A stretch of DNA of 64,000 bases from Paraphysomonas bandaiensis (taxonomy: Eukaryota > Protista > Chrysophyceae). The stretch's first letter is position 1; each line of letters begins with the position of its first letter. Position numbers and translations under genes: made by a program. The notes beneath the pieces were generated by a model, which made no database searches, was not told the DNA's origin, and worked only from the letters and a program-made list of their open reading frames with translations. This document shows positions 49,110-58,344 of the stretch, in pieces. The DNA lies in contig CBFFRP010000198.1 in assembly GCA_965644295.1 (NCBI GenBank), forward strand, positions 6,568-70,567, written 5' to 3'.

Positions 49110-50860
49110 GTAGTATTTAGATTAAACCATAGTCTGCAACCATACTGAAAAAAACTGAAAATAACGTCGATTTTCATACATAAAATAACTGTCATAAAAT
49201 CAGTCGAAATCAGACAATGTGATCCACACTTCACACTTCATATCGCAGTGTTGAGTCAGCGAATTGCAGGTCAAATTAATGTGCTGGTAAGTTCATTATA
49301 TCCCCCATTCACTCATAGTTTGACATGGCATTTCGAAAGCGCAAATCAGGTTCTCTTTGCAACGATGAAGATGACGCGACAAGAAGCTCAGAGCGTGCTC
49401 AGGAAATAGAGATCATTGGGCGGTGGAGACCAGTTGATTCGGCCAATGAGTCATTCCATCTGCCTCATACGGTTGATGCAGATCGATACCCTACGTTTAA
49501 TTTTCGCACTGCCAGCTTCCTCAAGATATTCTTGCGTTTTGTTACAGTATCTCTTGTGACGAAAATAGCCCAGGATATTGACCCTGCCGACTTGAGATAT
49601 GACTGTGGATCAGTAATTTTGCTTTCATTGTGTTCTATATATAAGCTTCTTGCAATTTGGATTCGAATTTATGGAGAACAACATGCCCCAAGAGGTGTAA
49701 TACGTCATTCGCGACCATTGCGTGAGCAACTTATATGGTACCGAGACCACTTTAAGGATTGTTATCCAAGGATTGATTCTCTGGGCATACGATTCATGGA
49801 AATTGTGACAACGAACTTTTTATTTGATAGTCGATATTCAAAGCAGTTGTCTCATAATTTTAGATCTATTTTACGTGGTATTGGCAATGTTGTAGCTGGC
49901 GATGAGAAGTTGCTGCATTTCTCAGGTGTGTATATTGATCAATTGAATACTATTGTTAACAAGTGATTTATAGGCTATAGTCCTAATATAAGAGTAGTTT
50001 ATATGAAGCCTGAACGAATGGGCTTGTGGGTGTATGAGTTGTGTGTGAAGCTCTCCAATAAACACGCATACATGCTGGACATGTGGTTGCATGATGCGAT
50101 AGCTGATCTAGGAGAGTCTATACCTGTCAGCGCTGTAGTGGAACACTGGGGCAAAATCATACACTCTTTTAATTCTACACGAATGAGTAGCACTGTTCTT
50201 GTATTCGACTCGTATTATCTTGATGAAGCTGCACGAGAGGGACTTGCAAGGAAGAAAGTAAAATATATCGGGGCTGTGAATCCACAGCGCTTCCAAGCAC
50301 TCACTCGTAAAGTTCGTGAAGGTGTCAATATACGAGGACAGTGGAATGGACTGTGGAATCAACAGCGTAAAGAACTCATAGTTCATTCTTATACGAAGGA
50401 TGGCAAGAAATATACTGCCTTGTCCAATGCTTTTATCATAGATCACCTACGAGGTCTACCACCAATTCTGTGCCTGTGTGCTCCGACTATGGTAAGATGT
50501 TTGCAGCATGTATGTGATGTATTCAATTTACAGATTAAAGAGAGGATATGGCCTCATCGGCATGGTGGTGGAGGGCATCTAGGCGAAAGAGGAAAGTTTA
50601 GCTCGTTTGCGTTCGGCTGTGTTCTGCAAAATACATTCCATGCGTATTGTAATATTCGTTCGATAGATACAAATAGTATTGATTATTATAGTTTCTGTAA
50701 CGCGTTAGCTAGCGAACTGTACACACATGCTGATACTCTATCTAAGGAAACTATAGAATAGAGGGGTACCGTGATTGATTTACTCAGTGTTGTAATAATT
50801 CCACTTTATATCATTGGTTACAGACTATGGTTACAGACTATGGTTTAGTCTAATTACAAC
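49110..50860 (+). mobile_element. piggyBac-like transposon; transposase 49325-50761 with intron 49926-49973
   Basis: GDEKLLHFSG|YSPNIRVVYMKPERMG, VFDSYY, CDVFN (DDD triad); ~35-bp inverted repeats gtagtatttagattaaaccatagtctgcaaccata at 49110-49144 and 50826-50860. Confidence 0.82.
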
Positions 50861-50988
50861 ACAGTCATCTTCGATTTTCTAGAAGCTGGTGTATAATATA
50901 TCTAACTAAAATGCTTGAAAATAATTACATTTCAGGAATAAAAGGCTTTACTTTGTATAAAAGGTTGAGCACGCAATAAGTATTTAAT

Positions 50989-53401
50989 TTACGACCATAC
51001 AATAGTTCTGTCATTACACATACGCATGAAATGGTTAACAAGTTTATTTCTGAGGACAGTGTGCTCATTTTCAACTTCAGTACTTATAGATTCAACTGTA
51101 TCAAACATTGAACCACATAGATGCTTAGGATCTGTTAGATCTGTGTCTCTCTGTACTCTAATAGTCACTTCTGTCATCTTTCCGTTATCATGTTTGTGAA
51201 CTTTAAATGATCTGTCGATATCGCATAAGTCATGATGTCCATCTGGTCCATCCCATTCCACACCGTGCTCCCACATCTTAAACAAGTTATCATCTCTCAT
51301 GATTTTATTGTGAAGACAGCAACATGTGAAGAAGACATTGTCAATCTCCTCTTTACTCTGAAGCATAATAGGAAGTTTTAGAATTCGGAAACGCCCCTTG
51401 AGTACGCCGAATGTGCATTCGATGTCCTTTCGAACTGATTCAAGCCACTTTGACCAGATTCTTAGTAGGTCATGTGCAGATGTATTCTTAACTGGACACT
51501 GCATGCATCTCCATTTATGATATCCTCCATCGCAAATGAAATATAACCCCTTTATCTCTTCTTCGTTGTCATTGTGTATATTCTTCAATTTAAATTTAAT
51601 TTCAGAATAAAGAGTCTTCGTTCTGACACTCTGGATTAAGGAATCATACTTGACTATTGTCTTGTCATTACGGGATCCAGGATGGCCTGAAGTATAGCTG
51701 CAATAATACGTCTGGAGTGGGTGCATGCCACCGAATAAGCTAATGTGGGATAGCCTTCTTTTCCAACATGCAAAGAACGTAATGATGCAGGACATCTATC
51801 CCAATGAATATGCACAACATCTGTTGATCCAATAACACCAGGAAGCCCTAAGCTAGCATAAACCTAACAACAACAAATAAATAAGCATAATTTAAATTAG
51901 CAGTTGGCTTAACACACCTCTATTTCACGATCTATATCCTCAGGTGTCGTTGGCATGTGACAAACCTTCGAAAATTTGTCCCTCGCATATAATTGACAGA
52001 AATCGTGAAAAAATACACGATTAACTGAGATTGATGCTCCATTAAGCTCAGAAATTCCATCAAAACACATTCCTCGCCCTAATACACGCAGTACTCCGAG
52101 GACTAGTAAGTCAATTGGTGTTGATTTGCGACCTATAGTACACAGTTCTAAAAAACTTAACTATTGGAAACAGGAGAAATACCTGATGCGTCAGTATCAA
52201 CGATGGGCTTCCCTGTTAACTTGTTCTTACGAAGTGATGAATCTTTAGCCCATTCAACTATCTCTTGAAACATTTGATACGGAATTCGAAAACGCGTTCT
52301 GAATTGCTTGCCTGATGCAGTGTGACATGGTATATAATACAATACCAAAAGTCATACCTTCACGAGTAGTGGGATCTCTCATCCGTGCATCCCTCAGCAG
52401 GAGTTCCCATGGCGTGTTATCGTAGTCAATCCGTTCGTAGACATTTCTTCTTGCAATTATACGATCCTCACTAGACACTCGAGATTGCTTCAAGAGCTGT
52501 TTGATCAAGGATGTCCTCTTCTTTTTATGCAGTGACAACTTCCGGGACAATGTGTAGCAAAATTGGGTATGACAAGTATGGGTGATTTAGGAGGTTGTTA
52601 TGGCTGAAGAATAAGATGAAGTGATGTAGGTTGTAGTATGAGATGAGATGTAGATGGTAGTTATGATTAGATTAGAAGATACGAGTATTAAGGCCAGATA
52701 TAGGGTTGGAGTGTACCGTGACTATCCGTATATACGGATGTAACGGACGTTTATGGTAACCCGTACAGTATTATGATGGTATACGTAGGTATTCTGTAGG
52801 ATGATATAGGAGTAGATAGCAGGATGTTAAGGGATTTCTATATGATTATTTCTGGAAGTAGAAAACTAGCTATTTATGGCTGGGAAACCACTTCTAGAAT
52901 TAACTATATATGGGGATATAGGTAGAAGGATATGGAGTTTTAGATATAATAGTGAAAGTTGATATTGTAGTTGAGTTGAAAGTTAAGAAGTAGCGAAGTA
53001 AAGAGTAAGAAGAGGAAGTTAAGTGAAGAGTGTTGTGAGAGGACTATCCTACCCCACATCACCTGTGCACATGGACAGGGATGATAAGACCAGCAATGTT
53101 AGTCATAATAGCGAGGCTCAATCACCCGTAGTCGTTACAAATGCACACACGCGAAATATCATGCTATCAACTTTACACAGTCACTGTCAATGTTTAATGC
53201 TTTGATTCGCATTATATTCAGTGAGATCAAGCGAACAGAGAAGGAAAAGAAATTTGAATTTAAACACAAAAACACTGTTTTGTCTTTTGTCTTTCTGTGT
53301 GCACTATAATTACGGCTTCGTTTGCACCCGACAAAAACAATTTTCTTGAAAAAAAATGTCTTTTGTCGTTTTGTCTTTTGTCTCCACTATAATTAGTGGC
53401 C
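50989..53401 (-). mobile_element. PIF/Harbinger transposon remnant (transposase ~52550-50989, introns and frameshifts)
   Basis: FRTRFRIPY, LLVLGVLRVLGRG, GLPGVIGSTD, GSRNDKTI, DGGYHKW, RKDIECTFGVLKGRFRILK, CCCLHN; terminus GGCCACTAATTATAGTG next to TAA/TTA at 53402. Confidence 0.85.
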
Positions 53402-54333
53402 TAAGTAGTAATAATATACGCAGTATGTATGTCTACTACAGTATATATATTATTTGCACTTGAAATATATGTAAATCTTTGACTAAGAAAGTTGATTGTA
53501 TATAAGCCAGCTACGAAAACCACTGTTAGATATATATTAGGGTCTATTTTCAAGTTTCAAGATATTCGTAGTTTCAAGAAAATTAGGGCAATAAAGCAAT
53601 ACAGACAGGTACTGGGACTACTTCAGAAGACCTTGGCCACTGTGGTGCACCAGCGCGTGTGAATGGCAATCAGAAGAGGGTACGTAGTTCACTCAGATAA
53701 GCAAATAATAATCATATCCTCCTTCCTTAATATACGTGGAATAAGAATAGGTGAAGTGGCACGCTATCACCATAATATAACTAATATTTGTTATTATACG
53801 GCGGGTATGTACGTGTGTGCCTGTCTCAAGGGGTGTATATGTGTATGTATGTGAGAGGGTATGTAGCTCTATTAACAGTCACCCTCACATACATACAAGA
53901 ACCTGGATCACTTCAGAGCAGAGGCTGAAAGAAACACGACGGTGAAGAAGATATTCTTCTGTTTCTGGTGTGGATATCATCTCCTTTCATGGCACTGTTG
54001 ATCGTTTAAAGTAACATATGAAGAGATGCGTTATATGATACATACACACTTCACATAATACAACACGGTATTCCAAAAACACACATCTACAACCGACACA
54101 AACTGAAAAGTATACATGAGTGTGACAGAATTTCACGTATCCTACTCCCGCATTGTGGTATATAGTACTAATATTTTATACCCCAAAATATCTCTTTTGT
54201 GAACCACTCATTTGCGCCGCTTTATGATACAACAAACAACGTGCTGAAACGTGGTGCAACATCAACATCAAACTTGAGTTTTTATTACATTTCATCAGAG
54301 TTTTAATTGATTATTGTTGATTGCGTTGTTGTG

Positions 54334-55527
54334 ATGGCGACATTTGAGATTGTTGAAGCTTTACGGGGATTTTTTATCTCAGAAAATGAAGAAAACTGGT
54401 CACTGACAATATCTACTCCAGGAAATAATCAGCAACAATACTCTGTTGTTAAAAAACAACGAGATATGAGGGCGAAGCTTCGACAACTCTCCACCATAGT
54501 TGCCGCCAAGCCTTTCATGGTGTTGTCTATGGCGCTCGGCATTAGTTTGAGCACATTAAGCTTCATACTAACCGCATATGTCTTTTTGGGAATCGAAAGC
54601 GATATTTCAATTCTTGCAAAGAACGACATTATCACCACCGGATCAGGTATCTATGTCATGATACAGCTTTTTTTCTTTCAAGCTCAAAGTTACATGTACT
54701 CCATTCATGCCATTCGTCCGACTGTGAGCGATATCTTAGCACGTCATTGGAACAAGTCGTCCTTGATTCTCTTGATGAATGTCACGACAATGCTTATTCT
54801 ATTTGAAATTTTTGCCTTGTCTGCGTATCAGCAGTGTGATGATTCCTTGGAAGTTGTCCAGTTTACTACCGTCTGCGTGTTTTGCATTTCTTTGACTTTG
54901 TTCACTCCCTTGCCTGTGGCAGAAATCTTCATAAGACTAAAGGGAAATGACGCAGAATTTAATTTTCGGACAACGATGTTCAATTGTGTTCAAAACAATG
55001 AATACGAGGATAACCTATTGGAACAGTCATTATTTGAGCGCCCTCAATGGAACTGGGTACACCTGTGGCGTTTATTTCTGAGAGCCATACATGCCCTAAG
55101 TTTTTTGCTTGCCGTCTTTCTCTCCCTCGTCCTAACATGGACAAAATCCACGCATGAGTTTAAATATGTTCTCATTGGTGCCGCCGTTACTCTGTTGATA
55201 CTTTTTGTTGCAGCAAGAGCATCGGCGTTTATTTTGTCACGGCCGAATTCGTATCCCCATTTTGTCCACGCGATTGCGGATAATATTATGCCATCCTTAC
55301 GTAACGACGAAAGATATAACGATGCGAATGAATTACCGAGAACGGCAAGTAATCGAACCGTGGAGGAAGAAAAGGAGGTTCCGGGATCTAGAAGATCCAT
55401 AGCCGAGACGACGGCATTTGATATGACCAAATTCACGATTCCGAATCATATCGGTCTATTCTGTGAATTCAATTTGATTTCCACGGTGATTCTTATGCTT
55501 GTCTTTACATTATATACCACCTGCTAA
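54334..55527 (+). CDS. Orphan multi-pass membrane protein (~397 aa), intronless
   Basis: Long ORF with ~7 hydrophobic segments and polar loops; first ATG at 54334; no family recognised. Confidence 0.7.
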   Translation: MATFEIVEALRGFFISENEENWSLTISTPGNNQQQYSVVKKQRDMRAKLRQLSTIVAAKPFMVLSMALGISLSTLSFILTAYVFLGIESDISILAKNDIITTGSGIYVMIQLFFFQAQSYMYSIHAIRPTVSDILARHWNKSSLILLMNVTTMLILFEIFALSAYQQCDDSLEVVQFTTVCVFCISLTLFTPLPVAEIFIRLKGNDAEFNFRTTMFNCVQNNEYEDNLLEQSLFERPQWNWVHLWRLFLRAIHALSFLLAVFLSLVLTWTKSTHEFKYVLIGAAVTLLILFVAARASAFILSRPNSYPHFVHAIADNIMPSLRNDERYNDANELPRTASNRTVEEEKEVPGSRRSIAETTAFDMTKFTIPNHIGLFCEFNLISTVILMLVFTLYTTC

Positions 55528-56126
55528 GGTGGAAGGCGGATCGTTCTATATGTGCGACGGTTTATTCGAGCATTTCGATTTGTTGTTCTTAAATGTTTGT
55601 GCGGTTTTTAGCCGGTGATTATTACATCAAACGGTTACTTTGCCGTCTTTTTTGACATGCAGTTTTTTTAATCAAAGCGATGTGGTTTCTGTTGCTTAGC
55701 TAGCCTATCTATGAAATATTTTATGATGGTCATCTGTTATGCCATCCAGGTGTTTTGGTCTGTTGTGCCATCCAGCCAGTTTTTCTGTAATTATTATTTT
55801 TTAAATGAGCCAATATCCAAGATTAGATTATTAATGATATTTAGTATGAATGTTCAATTCACCCTGCTGGGGTGCGATCCTGGTGCGTAGTCTAGTCAAG
55901 CGGCAATTTTCAATCGTAGAGAGTTGTAGTATGCAAAAACTTATGTTAAGTTGCTGACCGTAACGGTTTTCGACTTTTCGAACTAAAACCGGACACCAGA
56001 ATTTCGGCATTTCCTGAATCAATTATCGAGCAAAAGGACGCTAAGAATCCAATTGCCTTTTATTATTAGTTAGTAATAAGCAAATAAGAACGTTGCATGC
56101 ATGCATTGCTTGAAATAAGACATACA

Positions 56127-58306
56127 TATTGAATGTCTGATTATTTAGCAATAGGCGTTGAAAGCCTGCACCAATTAGTGGCTAGAAGAATGCTAGTCAT
56201 ACTAGTTAGACTACTACCCGTAACTAATCAATACAAACTCTTTTATCCTACTATTTAACGCTACAGAAGCTGCTTGTGCGTCGCCGCAAGCACCAAGGTG
56301 CAACCACTTCCGTTCTTAGTGTGTGTTATGAGGCTCGCCATGATCGTGTGTCCTGGGACTCACCGGCGCGTGTGATCTGGAGGTCTCCTCTTGGGATGAG
56401 ACTCCACTCGCTATATGATAGATAGCCTTATGTACCTCACGGGGACTGACTTATTAGCCTTATGGCAGTTAGGGGAAACAGTAATATGCCCTTCTGAGAT
56501 TGGCGATCTGGTGGCCTTCCTTTAGGCATTGTTCCAAGTGGCTCGGAGGTATGTGGATGAAGGTCTTGCAAAAGGTTATGGCCTACTGTGAAGAAGCGTC
56601 GAAATCGGCTCTTTTGCTGTCTTAGCCAGCGGTAGAGAACACATGCAAGAGGGTGTATAGCTGTACAGGGGTGGGATGTGAGGGTCATCCGGTGTGTCCA
56701 GCTACAGGGAGTCGAGAGGGAGTGTGATGGTGCAAGAGAGGCAACATCTGATTGAGGAGAGTGAGACTGCGCAACAGAACAAGAGTCACTGAGGTCGAGT
56801 ACTCTGATAGACCTATGCACGAGATGATCGTGATGATGATGATGGTCTGGAGGAGACACTCGGACGTCCTCAGCTGCCCTTGTTAGTGTCTGTGTTGGTG
56901 CAGGGGGGTACAGGCTGAGGCATAGAGAGTGTGTGTAAGGAAGATGACGGCAAGGTATCAGAGACGAAGGGAGAGGCGATAGTTTGTCTGGGGGTTTTCT
57001 AGGAGGAGGCAGAGTGTACTGTGTGTGTGTATGACAGTGCAGCGGTGCTATGAGTGTGTTGGACAGAGAGAGAGAGCTGGTGATGTGTCCAACAGTACAG
57101 GTAGACAGGTACATGGACATGGTGATGTGTCCAACAGTACAGGTATACAGGTACATGGACATGGTGATGTGTCCAACAGCAGTAGAGGTATACACGGAAT
57201 GGTATACATCCTGTAGGACACAGTAGTACAGTAGTCGAGTATACCGTATGCGGAATACAGTGTCTATCCAATGAGATGGATGGGCTGTGGGGGTGATAGG
57301 TGAACAGGGTGAGGGGGTAGCCTGCTGGGTGGATGGACCACAGACAAACCATGTTGGGTTGGGCTGGGTTGTCGTCAGGAGACGGCCCTGTTGTGCAGTG
57401 GAGAGGTGTCGAGAGGAGACAGGGGTTGCAGAGAAGGTACATGGGGGCCGTTTGCGTGGACCTGCTCGCACGAGCCATGCTGTAAGTGGTTGTATCCGTA
57501 GAGAACCGTGTAGGAGACGAAGGTGTCTCCTTAGGTGATAGCATATGCATGCGGTCAGCGCTGCATTGGTGCAGGCACGTTGTTTAACTGAAGTAGTTGA
57601 GTAGGGTGAAGGTTGCAAGGCCAGGCAGGGGGGCTTGGAGCGTGTACAACATGGTGTGACAGGTAATTTGTCGGAAGCGTGGTGGTCAACAAAATGCAGC
57701 AGTAAGGGAGTGTAAAAGGCCCTGGGCACACTGATGTGACTCAGCCACGGTCTCAATAGAGACATTGGGCTTGGAGCTGGTTAATAGGGTGAAACTTTAT
57801 GTTGGACTGTATTTGCCATCGTAGGGCAGAGAATTATGTAAGACATACACATGCATACGTTTGCTGCAAATTAACGACAAATCTTGATATATGCTAAATT
57901 TCACCTAATCTTATAGTTCAGTACAGTACCATCTAGTTCTCTTTATTGCTTGCGCATGTAACAGAAAAGCAATAACTGTACCCCAATGAATGAACTGATT
58001 ATTGAAGTACAACCAACTCCTACGTGCGTACTTGAAGTTTGGTAAAGCCAATCGCTAGTAGTTATCCTGTATTCTATGTAGCAATGAAATACAGAATATA
58101 CATGACTACAGTATAGGAGTAGCTATTACAAGTATTCAAAGAAACTGAAAATATAGTAGCTGTTAAAGATATGATTTGTAGAACAGAATGTTGATGTTGG
58201 TGAATGACGTGGTTCCTAACTCACAGGGCTACAACATCATAAACTTACTATATCTCCTATAATATCAATCAGTCAATATTGCACTAACTAAAAGCGTAAA
58301 TTAATA
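56127..58306 (+). mobile_element. ~2.18-kb LTR, copy 2 (5'-LTR configuration)
   Basis: Matches 24008-26164; TATT...AATA termini; immediately followed by PBS. Confidence 0.88.
56437..57765 (-). CDS. Antisense ORF inside LTR, 442 aa, P/S/T/H/R-rich, unknown function
   Basis: ATG-started uninterrupted ORF; frame kept through the diverged cassette and the 42-bp repeats; PRKPPD and PKGRPPD motifs. Confidence 0.45.
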   Translation of the reverse strand: MSLLRPWLSHISVPRAFYTPLLLHFVDHHASDKLPVTPCCTRSKPPCLALQPSPYSTTSVKQRACTNAALTACICYHLRRHLRLLHGSLRIQPLTAWLVRAGPRKRPPCTFSATPVSSRHLSTAQQGRLLTTTQPNPTWFVCGPSTQQATPSPCSPITPTAHPSHWIDTVFRIRYTRLLYYCVLQDVYHSVYTSTAVGHITMSMYLYTCTVGHITMSMYLSTCTVGHITSSLSLSNTLIAPLHCHTHTQYTLPPPRKPPDKLSPLPSSLIPCRHLPYTHSLCLSLYPPAPTQTLTRAAEDVRVSPPDHHHHHDHLVHRSIRVLDLSDSCSVAQSHSPQSDVASLAPSHSLSTPCSWTHRMTLTSHPCTAIHPLACVLYRWLRQQKSRFRRFFTVGHNLLQDLHPHTSEPLGTMPKGRPPDRQSQKGILLFPLTAIRLISQSP

Positions 58307-58319
58307 TGGCAGCGGATGG
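58307..58319 (+). promoter_or_regulatory. Primer-binding site TGGCAGCGGATGG (tRNA-Leu-like, inferred)
   Basis: Starts TGG directly after LTR end; 12/13 identical to the PBS of the complete element at 28420-28408. Confidence 0.8.
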
Positions 58320-58344
58320 AAATTTCACGAATGTCGCCTCAGGC

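Noticed and set aside
24008-58306. The two 2.2-kb LTRs as ends of one 34-kb element
   Set aside because: PBS follows the second copy rather than the first, no TSD, and the interior holds ordinary intron-rich host genes.
56127-58306. LTR copy 2 as the 3' LTR of the adjacent Gypsy
   Set aside because: Adjacent sequence is a plus-strand PBS; the nearest minus-strand purine tract is ~45 bp from the LTR edge and sits at the deletion junction.
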